Positions 1 through 10,864 of a stretch of DNA of 64,000 nucleotides are shown piece by piece. Source of the stretch: a virus (lineage: Duplodnaviria; Caudoviricetes). Numbering within the stretch: the stretch's first letter is position 1; each line of letters starts with the position of its first letter. A program made the translations under genes and the position numbers. Location: positions 64,001 to 128,000 of the IMG/VR virus record IMGVR_UViG_3300032236_001024. One strand, given 5' to 3'. The notes under the pieces were generated by a model. It did not search any database. It was given only the letters and a program-made list of their open reading frames with translations, and was not told the DNA's origin.

Positions 1-3000
1 AAACTGGTTATCGTGGTTCTGTTGGTTATCAAGGTTCTGTAGGTGATAAAGGACCACAGGGAGACCCTGGTGGTCCAAGAGGTTATGCTGGTTCAGCTGG
101 TTCTGGTTATGCTGGTTCAGCTGGTGCTGGATATACTGGTTCGATAGGTATTGGTTATGCTGGTTCAAAAGGTGATTCAGGATTTTCTGGTTCACGAGGA
201 AATCAAGCTTTAAGCAATTTAAAATATAATTGGGCTAATTTTATTAATTCCGTTACAGTAGATAGTGGTCAAGTAAGACCATTTGCTGGTACTTCTCTTT
301 CTAATATAAGCACACTTGCATTAAGTAAAACAACTTCAGATGGAATTGGTGTATCTACTTATCTTTCACAATTATTTCTTGGCTCTAGCAATGATACTAA
401 AAATGTAAAAGGTTATATTTTTCTTAATAAAGAAAATGGCACCGTTGCAGAACAAACTATTCTTAAAATTACAAATATTACTAGTACTAATGAAGCAATC
501 GTATTTTCTTTAGAATATGTTAGTGGTTATAGCGGAACTTATTCTGAAGATACATCTATAATTATTTCATTTAATACAATTTCTATTGGTTATTCTGGTT
601 CTGTTGGATTTACTGGTTCTTTTGGGTTTGTTGGTTCGCAAGGTTACACTGGTTCCAGAGCATATACTGGTTCACAAGGTGGCACTGGTTACACTGGATC
701 AGCTAGTACTGTTGTAGGACCACCAGGTCCAAAAGGTGATACTGGTGAATATGGAGCAGTTGGTTTTACTGGTTCAAGAGGATTACGTGCAGGAACTGTA
801 AGATATTGGTCAGGTGGTGCTAGTGGTTCAACTCCTGATACATATCATTTAACATTTGATGGATCACTTATTAGATTACAGGTTGCAGATTTAAATTATG
901 TAGATTACACTTTTTCTCAAACTAGTGGTTGGAGAATTCTTGGGCAACTTATAAATTCAGTGCCAGTTATATATCCAACTCAAGTAAGAGGTATTCTTTA
1001 TGTAATTCCTGTTATAGATTATCCAAGTGAAGACAAACTTTGGACTCCTAATGTATTTGAAGTAAATAGTTCAGCTACATTAGGATACAATCAATTTGGA
1101 TCATTCTTTCAATTTAATATAAATCATGTTGCTGGTCAAAATGAATACTTTGAAGGAAAACAAGTTGAACTATTATTTGTTCCATCTGGTGAAACCGGAT
1201 TTACTGGTTCTAGAGGTGAACAAGGTGATCCTGGTGATCCTGGAATAAGAGGTTATACTGGTTCTGCAAGTACTACTGGTGGTTATACTGGTTCAAGAGC
1301 TTATACGGGTTCAGCTGGTTATGTCGGATCAGCAAGTACTATTCCTGGTTATAATGGCTCTAAAGGAGATACTGGATATACTGGATCAAAAGGTCTTGAT
1401 GGTGTTTATGCTGCATTAGGTTATACTGGTTCTCAAGGATTACAAGGACAAGATGGTGGAACAGGATTTACTGGTTCAGTTGGACCCAGAGGTGTAGGTT
1501 ATGATGGATCAAGAGGTTCATTAGGTTATACAGGTTCAATTGGATTTACTGGTTCTAGAGGATATACAGGGTCATCTGGATATGGCGGTTCAGTTGGTTA
1601 TGATGGATCAAGAGGTTATGACGGTTCGATAGGTTACACTGGATCACAAGGTGCTGGTTATACTGGTTCAGTTGGATATGATGGATCGAAAGGTGATCTT
1701 GGGTATACAGGATCAATAGGGTTTTCTGGTTCTAGAGGTATTTTTGGTTATTCTGGTTCAGTTGGTTATGCTGGTTCCGGTGGATTGGGTTATACTGGTT
1801 CAAGAGGCTCTGGTTATACTGGTTCAGTTGGGTATGCAGGATCAATAGGTGATCTTGGTTATACTGGATCGATAGGTTTTTCTGGTTCAAAAGGTGATAT
1901 TGGAACATTAGGATACGATGGATCAGTTGGATATACTGGTTCTAGAGCATATACTGGTTCTATAGGTTATACTGGTTCAAAAGGTGAAATTGGTTATGCT
2001 GGTTCTAGAGGTTTACTTGGTTACACTGGTTCAGTTGGTTATGTTGGTTCACAAGGTATTCCCGGTGCTTATGCAGCATTAGGATACACTGGATCAGTTG
2101 GTATTGGTTATACTGGTTCTGTTGGTGCTGGATATACTGGTTCAGTTGGATATGATGGATCAAAAGGTGATCTTGGTTATACAGGTTCTATAGGCTATAC
2201 TGGTTCAGTTGGTTATGTTGGTTCGCAAGGTATTCCCGGTGCTTATGCAGCATTAGGATACACTGGATCATCTGGGTTTGTTGGTTCTAGAGGATTACTT
2301 GGATATACTGGATCATTAGGTTACACTGGATCATTCGGTTACACTGGTTCCCAAAGTTATACAGGTTCAACTGGATTTGTCGGATCATTAGGCTATACAG
2401 GATCAATTGGTGTTGGATATACTGGTTCACAAAGTTATACTGGTTCAACTGGATTTATTGGATCGAGAGGTGATCTTGGTTACACTGGTTCTAGAGCATA
2501 TACTGGATCAATTGGTTATACTGGCTCTCAAAGTTACACAGGCTCTGTCGGATTTATAGGTTCAGCTGGTTATGTTGGATCGTTAGGATATACTGGTTCT
2601 ACAGGAATAGGTTATACTGGATCACAAAGTTATACTGGTTCAACTGGATTTGTCGGATCAAAAGGTGATCTTGGATTTACTGGTTCAAGAGGTGCTGGAT
2701 ATACTGGTTCTGTTGGCTTTGTTGGTTCTGTTGGCTTTGTTGGATCAAGAGGTGATATTGGATATGCTGGTTCTCAAGGTTTACAAGGTATACCTGGAAT
2801 TGCTGCAGCAATTGGATATGTTGGTTCACAAGGTCCACAAGGACCAGCTGGTGGTTATACAGGTTCTAAAGGTTACAACGGTTCATTAGGATATGTTGGA
2901 TCAAGAGGATTTGCTGGATCACAAGGTCCACAAGGAATAACTGGTTTTGTTGGTTCATTTGGTTATACAGGTTCACTTGGTAAAATTGCTGGTGCAGTCA

Positions 3001-6000
3001 GATTTACTGGTGCAAGCACAGTTGGTTCTTCTTCGAGTGGCACTCTTCCAAGTATTGGTGGATTTCAATTTGATACTAATAATGCTCTAACTACAACTAC
3101 AATTGAAATCAATAAAACTGATACTTTTGGAGCATCAAATTTACTTTCTGATATTATAAATTCAAATAATAATGCAATCAAAGGTCAGTTGTATGTTACT
3201 TCTAATGATGGTTTATATACGACTGTATATAATGTTACAAGTGGCGAATATGTACCAAATCTTTCTGGTAGTAGAGATTTAGATTTTACAAGATTAAAAG
3301 TTTCTTATTTAAGTGGGTATACAGGAACATTTACAAATATACCGGCTGATATAAGTTTCATTCCTACTGGACAGCAAGGTTATACTGGTTCTTCTGGATT
3401 TGCTGGGTCTAGAGGAGTACTAGGTCCAACAGGTTATGTTGGATCAGTAGGATTTGTTGGGTCGAGAGGTATTGATGGTGCATATGCAGCATTAGGTTAT
3501 ACTGGATCAAGAGGATATGTAGGCTCTATTGGTTATACCGGATCAATCGGATTTACTGGATCATTTGGATACACTGGTTCATTAGGTTATACCGGATCAA
3601 TCGGATTTACTGGATCATTTGGATACACTGGTTCGCAAGGTATTCCTGGTGCTTATGCAGCAATGGGATATGTTGGTTCTAGAGGTAATACTGGTTATAT
3701 AGGTTCTCAAGGATTACAAGGTCCACAAGGACCAGCTGGTGGTTATACTGGTTCAAGAGGAGCTATTGGTAGAACTGGCAATTCATTAAATTATACTTTA
3801 TTTGATTATCGATATACTATAACAAATCCTGGTGAATTTATACACAATAATGGTACTGTAGAATTATCTACTCAAGTTATATTTTCAAAATATGATAATT
3901 ATTATGTAACTGGTTTTGATTATTTTAATGGGCTGTTAACTCCAAATACTAATGAAAGAATAAAAGCCAAACTTATACTTACTCTCAGAAGAGATTATGA
4001 AAATTTTTCACAAGATTATTTAACAGTATTTAATGTTTTAAATATTGTAGATGCAGGTGATACATTCATTATTAACGTAGAATATGTTAGTAACGGTTGG
4101 CCTGAAATTTATGATCCACATACTATTGATGTTACTCTTATACCATATAATAATGGATATACTGGTTCTGATGGTTATACAGGTTCAATCGGATATACAG
4201 GTTCACAAAGCTATACTGGATCAAAAGGATATGCAGGTTCATTAGGTTATACTGGGTCTAGAGCTTATACTGGTTCACAAGGTTATACTGGCTCACAAAG
4301 TTATACGGGATCGTTTGGTTATACTGGTTCAATCGGATTTACTGGTTCAATTGGATACACTGGATCACAAAGTTATACTGGTTCATTCGGTTATGCTGGT
4401 TCACAAGGTGATCTTGGTTATACTGGATCACGAGGACCAATTGGTTATGCTGGTTCAAGAGGTTATTCTGGATCATTAGGTTATTTTGGTTCATTCGGAT
4501 ATGTCGGTTCATTTGGATACACAGGTTCAATCGGATTTACTGGATCAATCGGATATACTGGTTCTCGTGGCGATACAGGATATATTGGATCATTTGGATA
4601 CACAGGTTCAATCGGATTTACTGGCTCACTTGGTTATACTGGTTCCAGAGGTATTCAAGGTATAACAGGTTATGTAGGTTCATTAGGTTATACTGGATCA
4701 TTTGGATATACTGGATCACAAGGTTATACTGGTTCTAAGAGTTATACTGGTTCACAAGGTATTCAAGGTGATTTAGGTTATACCGGATCATATGGTTATA
4801 CAGGCTCAATTGGATACACTGGTTCTCGTGGTAATACTGGTTACTTCGGTTCAGTTGGTTATGTTGGATCAAGAGGTGCAACTGGTGCAACATATTTTGA
4901 ACGTATTCTAGATTTTGATAATGAAGGAACTTATATTGCAGATGGTGTTGGTGTTCAATTAGCATCTTCTGTTCCATTATTACCTTCTAGTGGTTATGGA
5001 AATATCGCTGTATTTGGATATGCTTCTACTGCAAGTAATAGATCAATCACAACTGCTGTAAAAAAATATCTTTCTGGATTTAATGCTATAACATTCAGTT
5101 ATAATAAAGCTAGTGGTGGACCTGGTGGTGCTACTGGTGGATGGGGAGATTTACCAGAATTAAACGAAGGATTAAGTTTCGAATATTCGGTTGATGGTAT
5201 TAATTGGACTGCGTTTGTTTATTTCAATCCATTGACTACTGTAAATAATGTTTGGACAAATTATACAGTCAATATTCCAACAGATGCAAAAGATTCGAGA
5301 GGCGTATATTTAAGATATAATCAAACAAATTATTCTGGCGGAACAGCAGATAATTGGGCAGTTACACAACCTGTTATTGCAGTTGTTGGTTATATTGGTT
5401 CTACTGGTGATCAAGGTCCAAGAGGTTATACTGGTTCACAAAGTTATACTGGTTCTAGAGGTTCTCTTGGTTATACTGGTTCAAAGGGAGAGCCAGGAAC
5501 ATTTGGCGGTGCAGCATTTGATTATCATTTTGATATCAGCACAACAAATTCTTCGCCAGCATCTGGTCGTTTAAGATTAAACAATACTAATATTACATCA
5601 GCATCAGCACTTTATATAAGTGATTCTGATTATGGTAGTATTCCTGTTTATGGTTATCTACAAACTATTGATGATTCAACATCAACAATTAAAGGTCACT
5701 TTAATATAACTGAAAGAGCAAACACAGAAAATTATGCTATGTTTGCTATTATCAATTATCATACACATCCAACTGGTTATTTTAATGTTCCTATATCATA
5801 TCTTTCTGGTAGCGGTACATTTACAGATGATATGGATATCGTTATCACTTTTGCTAGAACTGGTGATAAGGGTGATAAAGGCGATACTGGACCAATTGGT
5901 TATACTGGTTCATATGGATATCAGGGTTCCGCTGGTTACTTTGGATCAGTAGGTTATTATGGATCAGCTGGTGATAAAGGTATTCAAGGTGATACTGGAT

Positions 6001-7826
6001 ATCGTGGTTCAGTTGGTTATACATCTTCTGTTGGTTATACTTCATCTGTTGGTTATACTGGATCGGTTGGTGATACTGGTTATCGTGGTTCTGTAGGTTA
6101 TACATCTTCTGTTGGTTATACTTCATCTGTTGGTTATACTGGTTCACGAGGTGATACTGGATATACTGGATCGGTTGGTGATACTGGTTATCGTGGTTCT
6201 GTAGGTTATACTTCTTCAGTTGGTTATACATCCTCTGTTGGTTATACTGGTTCAGCTGGCTATCGTGGATCAGAAGGATACCGTGGTTCTGTAGGATATC
6301 AAAGTTCAACTGGTTACTTTGGTTCAACTGGTTACTTTGGTTCAACTGGTTATCAAGGATCAGAAGGATACCGTGGATCAGTTGGTTATACATCTTCAGT
6401 TGGTTATCTTGGTTCTACAGGTTATCAAGGTTCAGAAGGTGTTCGTGGACCTGAAGGTTATCGTGGTTCTGTAGGATATCAAGGATCAGCAGGTTATACA
6501 GGTTCACAAAGTTATACTGGATCGACTGGCTATTTTGGTTCAGTTGGTTATACTGGTTCAAGAGGCGCTGGTTATACTGGTTCTCTTGGTAGAACTCCTG
6601 CAGCACTTCGTTTCAATGTTAAAAATGGACCTGGTAATAGCAGTGGTTGGAGTCTACAGATACCAGATGTTAAAACAATATTCTTCATTGATTTTAATGA
6701 CGCTCAATCTGTACAACAAATAAACATAAACAGAACAGATTTATTTGATGTTAATGCTCCTAGTTTATTAAATCAAATTAATTTAATGACTACTTTAGTC
6801 AGAGGAAGACTATATGTAAGTGCTTTAAGTGGTGAACTATCTATTTTTGATGTTACTGATAGTTCATATGTAGATTATGATACTAGTGGATTTTTAGTAG
6901 GTCTTTCTTATACAAAAGTTAATGTAAAATATGCTAGTGGTTATACAGGATCATTTGATAATAAAGTAGTTGATATAACATTTATACCAACTTACACAAA
7001 TTATAGTGGTTCTGTAGGTTTTAGAGGTTCGGTTGGGTATCTTGGTTCTTCTGGACCAGCAACTGTAACAGAAAAAACAACTTATCCAACTGATCCTATA
7101 AATGGTCAAATGTGGTTTGATCCTGATACTGGTACATTAAGTTATTATTATCAAGGTGGAAATACATGGTTGGCTGTTGGTAGAGGTAGAATCGGAGAGA
7201 GAGGACCATTAGGTTATTCTGGTTCGTTAGGTTATACTGGATCAACTGGTGCAGGATATGTTGGTTCTACTGGTTATTTTGGATCATTTGGTTATACTGG
7301 ATCGGTTGGTTATACTGGTTCACAAAGTTATACAGGATCAAGAGGATATACTGGATCAGTTGGATATGTTGGTTCGCAGGGTGCATTTGATACTCAAACA
7401 CAATATAACTTCCAAAATACTATAACTATGAGCGCCAATCTAGTAGTAAATAATGTTACTATTGGAACATCATTTGAAATATTAAACTTTAGTGAAATTG
7501 TAAAAAATCATGGAACTATTAGTTCACCAACATTGAATCTATATGTTGCTAATGGTAACATACAAACATTGACTCTTGGAACTGATACAGTTACATTGTC
7601 ATTAATAAATACTGGAATGATAGCTAATAGATCATATAGTATGGCATTGATTGTTACTCAAGATAGTGTTGGTAATAGAAATATTGTTTTTCCAGCCAGT
7701 GTTAAGTGGCAAGGTGGTTATACACCAACATTTACAAAGACAGCATCAAAAACTGATATTATGTCATTGGTAACAGTAGATGCTGGCACATCTTGGTATG
7801 CAACATATTCTGGTAAGGGTTATTAA
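1..7826 (+). CDS. Giant Gly-X-Y (GYTGSx) repeat fibre protein, 5'-partial, >2600 aa, with interspersed globular domains
   Basis: The frame of the 960..7826 ORF is open back to base 3 (act ggt tat cgt ggt tct...), so the listed GTG start at 960 is not the true start. Gly-X-Y blocks are separated by ~120-aa beta-rich domains. The C-terminal domain (VTQDSVGNRNIVFPASVKWQGG...TSWYA) is typical of phage fibre proteins. Confidence 0.85.
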   Translation, partial: TGYRGSVGYQGSVGDKGPQGDPGGPRGYAGSAGSGYAGSAGAGYTGSIGIGYAGSKGDSGFSGSRGNQALSNLKYNWANFINSVTVDSGQVRPFAGTSLSNISTLALSKTTSDGIGVSTYLSQLFLGSSNDTKNVKGYIFLNKENGTVAEQTILKITNITSTNEAIVFSLEYVSGYSGTYSEDTSIIISFNTISIGYSGSVGFTGSFGFVGSQGYTGSRAYTGSQGGTGYTGSASTVVGPPGPKGDTGEYGAVGFTGSRGLRAGTVRYWSGGASGSTPDTYHLTFDGSLIRLQVADLNYVDYTFSQTSGWRILGQLINSVPVIYPTQVRGILYVIPVIDYPSEDKLWTPNVFEVNSSATLGYNQFGSFFQFNINHVAGQNEYFEGKQVELLFVPSGETGFTGSRGEQGDPGDPGIRGYTGSASTTGGYTGSRAYTGSAGYVGSASTIPGYNGSKGDTGYTGSKGLDGVYAALGYTGSQGLQGQDGGTGFTGSVGPRGVGYDGSRGSLGYTGSIGFTGSRGYTGSSGYGGSVGYDGSRGYDGSIGYTGSQGAGYTGSVGYDGSKGDLGYTGSIGFSGSRGIFGYSGSVGYAGSGGLGYTGSRGSGYTGSVGYAGSIGDLGYTGSIGFSGSKGDIGTLGYDGSVGYTGSRAYTGSIGYTGSKGEIGYAGSRGLLGYTGSVGYVGSQGIPGAYAALGYTGSVGIGYTGSVGAGYTGSVGYDGSKGDLGYTGSIGYTGSVGYVGSQGIPGAYAALGYTGSSGFVGSRGLLGYTGSLGYTGSFGYTGSQSYTGSTGFVGSLGYTGSIGVGYTGSQSYTGSTGFIGSRGDLGYTGSRAYTGSIGYTGSQSYTGSVGFIGSAGYVGSLGYTGSTGIGYTGSQSYTGSTGFVGSKGDLGFTGSRGAGYTGSVGFVGSVGFVGSRGDIGYAGSQGLQGIPGIAAAIGYVGSQGPQGPAGGYTGSKGYNGSLGYVGSRGFAGSQGPQGITGFVGSFGYTGSLGKIAGAVRFTGASTVGSSSSGTLPSIGGFQFDTNNALTTTTIEINKTDTFGASNLLSDIINSNNNAIKGQLYVTSNDGLYTTVYNVTSGEYVPNLSGSRDLDFTRLKVSYLSGYTGTFTNIPADISFIPTGQQGYTGSSGFAGSRGVLGPTGYVGSVGFVGSRGIDGAYAALGYTGSRGYVGSIGYTGSIGFTGSFGYTGSLGYTGSIGFTGSFGYTGSQGIPGAYAAMGYVGSRGNTGYIGSQGLQGPQGPAGGYTGSRGAIGRTGNSLNYTLFDYRYTITNPGEFIHNNGTVELSTQVIFSKYDNYYVTGFDYFNGLLTPNTNERIKAKLILTLRRDYENFSQDYLTVFNVLNIVDAGDTFIINVEYVSNGWPEIYDPHTIDVTLIPYNNGYTGSDGYTGSIGYTGSQSYTGSKGYAGSLGYTGSRAYTGSQGYTGSQSYTGSFGYTGSIGFTGSIGYTGSQSYTGSFGYAGSQGDLGYTGSRGPIGYAGSRGYSGSLGYFGSFGYVGSFGYTGSIGFTGSIGYTGSRGDTGYIGSFGYTGSIGFTGSLGYTGSRGIQGITGYVGSLGYTGSFGYTGSQGYTGSKSYTGSQGIQGDLGYTGSYGYTGSIGYTGSRGNTGYFGSVGYVGSRGATGATYFERILDFDNEGTYIADGVGVQLASSVPLLPSSGYGNIAVFGYASTASNRSITTAVKKYLSGFNAITFSYNKASGGPGGATGGWGDLPELNEGLSFEYSVDGINWTAFVYFNPLTTVNNVWTNYTVNIPTDAKDSRGVYLRYNQTNYSGGTADNWAVTQPVIAVVGYIGSTGDQGPRGYTGSQSYTGSRGSLGYTGSKGEPGTFGGAAFDYHFDISTTNSSPASGRLRLNNTNITSASALYISDSDYGSIPVYGYLQTIDDSTSTIKGHFNITERANTENYAMFAIINYHTHPTGYFNVPISYLSGSGTFTDDMDIVITFARTGDKGDKGDTGPIGYTGSYGYQGSAGYFGSVGYYGSAGDKGIQGDTGYRGSVGYTSSVGYTSSVGYTGSVGDTGYRGSVGYTSSVGYTSSVGYTGSRGDTGYTGSVGDTGYRGSVGYTSSVGYTSSVGYTGSAGYRGSEGYRGSVGYQSSTGYFGSTGYFGSTGYQGSEGYRGSVGYTSSVGYLGSTGYQGSEGVRGPEGYRGSVGYQGSAGYTGSQSYTGSTGYFGSVGYTGSRGAGYTGSLGRTPAALRFNVKNGPGNSSGWSLQIPDVKTIFFIDFNDAQSVQQININRTDLFDVNAPSLLNQINLMTTLVRGRLYVSALSGELSIFDVTDSSYVDYDTSGFLVGLSYTKVNVKYASGYTGSFDNKVVDITFIPTYTNYSGSVGFRGSVGYLGSSGPATVTEKTTYPTDPINGQMWFDPDTGTLSYYYQGGNTWLAVGRGRIGERGPLGYSGSLGYTGSTGAGYVGSTGYFGSFGYTGSVGYTGSQSYTGSRGYTGSVGYVGSQGAFDTQTQYNFQNTITMSANLVVNNVTIGTSFEILNFSEIVKNHGTISSPTLNLYVANGNIQTLTLGTDTVTLSLINTGMIANRSYSMALIVTQDSVGNRNIVFPASVKWQGGYTPTFTKTASKTDIMSLVTVDAGTSWYATYSGKGY

Positions 7827-9019
7827 TGTTTGGTGCGTCTGGAGTATTATTTTCTACAAATTATAATAATAATGGCGAAAAATTACTTACTCAAGTTTCA
7901 GATAATATTGTTATTCCAACAATACAATTAGTTTCCGATAGCAATTGGGTTCCTTTAAATTTTTCAGGATTTATAAAATCACAAAATGCTGATTCGCCAT
8001 TCGTAAATAGTAGTACTTCTTCTGGTGGTGATATATCTTTAACATTTACTACTTCATCTGATGGAAATCATTTGGCAACTACTGGTGGAACATATGCTCA
8101 ACCATATGTAAGTTCTACTGTTGGTAGTGGTCAAAGTACATATGCGAATCCTAGTGGTTCACATTCACATACAACTCCTCCAATTAGTATAGCTGGTACA
8201 AGTTTATATCCATTTCATTTAAAAACAAAAATGTATACAAGAGCTACAAATTCTAATAAAATTTTTACTCTACCAATTGGAACAATAGTTTTTGGTGAAA
8301 ATATTGAAGATAGCGGAGTTGTTGCTACTTCCACTTATAGTAGTTTATATCTTTATGCGACAACAAATGATGCTGATGTTGGTAGAATTGGTGGTGGCAC
8401 AACTTCTCGTTCTATAAATTTAACTACTAGTCAAGGAGGCTCTCATAATCATGGAGCGACTGGTGTAAGAGCGCAAAATGGTTATAATCCTGCTTTTGGT
8501 TCCGAAAAATCAGCTGCAATTGATACAAATCAAAGTACTGGTCATACACATTCTTTATCTGCATCTTTAACACAATATATTAAATATATGAAATTGAATA
8601 CATATATTGTACAACAAGAAAATGTATATATTCGTTATGGTATGATATTTGGATTTACTTCTAATAATGTTCCACCAAACTGGTATTGTTGTAATGGTCA
8701 AACTATAGATGGTTATACAACTCCAAATCTTGTTGACAGATATGTAATGTTTGGGTATCAAGCAAACCATAAAGGTATTCCACCATCTGCATACGACAAA
8801 AACGCTTTAGTATTATCCAATGTTTCTTTATCTACTGAAAATTGGTTTCATTATCATGGTACAGGTGATGGTTGGCAAACTGTTGGTAATTATGGTAGAG
8901 AAAATCGTTATCATTCAACTGTTAGTGTTCCGCATACTCATACTATTACCACTTCTTCATCATCAATTGACTATGAACCACCAAATTACAATTTGATATA
9001 TTATATTTACTTACCATAA
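7826..9019 (+). CDS. Tail-collar-like / HxH needle-type fibre protein (paralog of 10865..12070)
   Basis: WYCCNGQTIDGYTTPNLVDRY is a tail-collar-type motif. Several HxH motifs (HSH, HNH, HTH, HYH, HTH). TAATG coupling to the upstream fibre gene. Confidence 0.7.
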   Translation: MFGASGVLFSTNYNNNGEKLLTQVSDNIVIPTIQLVSDSNWVPLNFSGFIKSQNADSPFVNSSTSSGGDISLTFTTSSDGNHLATTGGTYAQPYVSSTVGSGQSTYANPSGSHSHTTPPISIAGTSLYPFHLKTKMYTRATNSNKIFTLPIGTIVFGENIEDSGVVATSTYSSLYLYATTNDADVGRIGGGTTSRSINLTTSQGGSHNHGATGVRAQNGYNPAFGSEKSAAIDTNQSTGHTHSLSASLTQYIKYMKLNTYIVQQENVYIRYGMIFGFTSNNVPPNWYCCNGQTIDGYTTPNLVDRYVMFGYQANHKGIPPSAYDKNALVLSNVSLSTENWFHYHGTGDGWQTVGNYGRENRYHSTVSVPHTHTITTSSSSIDYEPPNYNLIYYIYLP

Positions 9020-9022
9020 ATA
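9016..9022 (+). promoter_or_regulatory. Late-promoter-like ATAAATA overlapping a stop codon
   Basis: The same motif recurs at 12067, 28242, 32659, 34485, 47651 and 49211, each just upstream of a gene start. Confidence 0.6.
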
Positions 9023-9048
9023 CATTAAAATAATGAACAGAGTTTTTT

Positions 9049-10338
9049 ATGTCAATTTCATTTCCTAGTAATCCATCACTTCTTGATATAGTCGTAACTG
9101 GCGGAACCACATGGCAGTGGGATGGATATCGTTGGGCTCCAACTGCAGATGTTGGTTATCAAGGATCACTTGGATTTCGTGGTTCTGTAGGTTATACTTC
9201 ATCTGTCGGTTATCTTGGTTCAACTGGTTATCAAGGTTCGACAGGGTATCAAGGATCAGTTGGTTATGCCGGATCAGCTGGCGTCTCATATTTTCAAAAT
9301 ACTACACCCACAACACTTATACCTGGTGAATTATGGTTTGATACAGATGATGGATTTATGTCTGCATACTTTGCAGATGAAGATACATGGGTTGGTATTA
9401 ATGGTGGAATGGCTGGTTATCAAGGTTCAAGAGGTGAACTTGGATACACTGGCTCATTAGGATATACGGGTTCTTTTGGACCATATGGCGGAACTTCTAT
9501 ATATTTTAAATTTGATACTGATATTTTAAATACTCAACCAAGCACTAGTTATGTAAAATTTAACAACACAAATTTGAGTGTTGCGACTAATTTAAAAGTT
9601 AGCACTACAGACACAAATTCAGTGACAATAAGTTCTCTTATAAATTCTCTGGTTGAAACAAATTCAACAAATTATTATAATAAAGCTTATATTACTATAA
9701 CTTCTAAAGTTTCTCCAAGTAGATATGTAATTTATTATGTCACTGGTGCTACATTTACAACTGGCGATACATCTATTAATTTGCTCATATCATATGTAAG
9801 CGGAAAAACAACTCCATTTGATGCTAATGAAGATATAATTTTATCATTTAGTAAGAATGGACCTATTGGTTATACTGGATCGAAAGGTTCTTTTGATCCA
9901 AATGCTACTTTAATTTTTTCCAACACAATAACTTTTTCAAATAATATAGTCGTAAACAATGCTTTTATTGGTACATCTGTCGATTTAATTAATTATTCTG
10001 AAGCAACAAAAAATCATGGAACTCTTACTGGAGCAACCACAGTATATGTTGCAAATGGAAATATTCAATTTATGACTTTGGGTGCTTCACCTATAACATT
10101 GACTTTTTCAAATACGGGTATGCAAGATAATAAATCATACAATTTAACTTTAGTTATAACACAAGATGGTGTTGGTGGAAGAACATTATCATACAATTCA
10201 TCAAACCCAATAAAATGGACTTATGGCACAATACCACCATTGACAACAACAGCAAATGCTACAGATATTCTTACATTTTTTACTGCAAATAAAGGCGCAT
10301 CATGGTATGGCGCACTTTCTGGTAAAAATTTCATCTAA
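9049..10338 (+). CDS. Short Gly-X-Y fibre/virion structural protein
   Basis: N-terminal FP..P...W.WDG.RW motif shared with 12107. One spacer domain. C-terminal domain homologous to that of 1..7826 (VITQDGVGGRTL...KW...SWYG). Confidence 0.75.
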   Translation: MSISFPSNPSLLDIVVTGGTTWQWDGYRWAPTADVGYQGSLGFRGSVGYTSSVGYLGSTGYQGSTGYQGSVGYAGSAGVSYFQNTTPTTLIPGELWFDTDDGFMSAYFADEDTWVGINGGMAGYQGSRGELGYTGSLGYTGSFGPYGGTSIYFKFDTDILNTQPSTSYVKFNNTNLSVATNLKVSTTDTNSVTISSLINSLVETNSTNYYNKAYITITSKVSPSRYVIYYVTGATFTTGDTSINLLISYVSGKTTPFDANEDIILSFSKNGPIGYTGSKGSFDPNATLIFSNTITFSNNIVVNNAFIGTSVDLINYSEATKNHGTLTGATTVYVANGNIQFMTLGASPITLTFSNTGMQDNKSYNLTLVITQDGVGGRTLSYNSSNPIKWTYGTIPPLTTTANATDILTFFTANKGASWYGALSGKNFI

Positions 10339-10353
10339 AAGGAGAAATATATT

Positions 10354-10860
10354 ATGGAATTTAATAGAGTAACACTGGATTTTGTAAATAAAAATTGTAG
10401 TATTTCATTAAATGGAGTAAACCATTTATTCAGTTCAGTTGATAAATTTATGTCATTGTCTGGTTATCCATTTACTGATACACACCTTGTATTTTTTGAG
10501 CCAGAAAGAGGAATTTTTGTTGTAGAAAGATCAGGACCAATTACTGTTGCTGGTGAAAATATAGAAGAAATTCAATGGATAAATTCGAATAGAGATAATT
10601 TAATTCAAGCAGCACATAATGATGGTTATGGTAATGTCGAATTATCATATATGCCAACATTACAACAAATTAGAGATCAAAAATTATATGAAACTGATTG
10701 GATGGTGACTCGTCATAGGGATCAATTGGATTTGAGTATGTATCCAACTTTATCAAATATCCAATATCAAAATCTATTGACATATAGACAAGCTTTAAGA
10801 GACATTACAAAAGTATATAACAATCTTGATGATGTAGTTTGGCCTTTGCTAGATATTTAA
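10354..10860 (+). CDS. Tail fibre assembly chaperone-like protein
   Basis: C-terminal RDQKLYETDW...YRQALRDIT...VVWP motif of phage tail assembly chaperones. Strong SD (AAGGAG). Lies between fibre genes. Confidence 0.75.
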   Translation: MEFNRVTLDFVNKNCSISLNGVNHLFSSVDKFMSLSGYPFTDTHLVFFEPERGIFVVERSGPITVAGENIEEIQWINSNRDNLIQAAHNDGYGNVELSYMPTLQQIRDQKLYETDWMVTRHRDQLDLSMYPTLSNIQYQNLLTYRQALRDITKVYNNLDDVVWPLLDI

Positions 10861-10864
10861 TATA

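Noticed and set aside
960-962. GTG start of the 2288-aa ORF in the track
   Set aside because: The frame is open to the window start and encodes the same repeats, so the gene begins upstream of the window.
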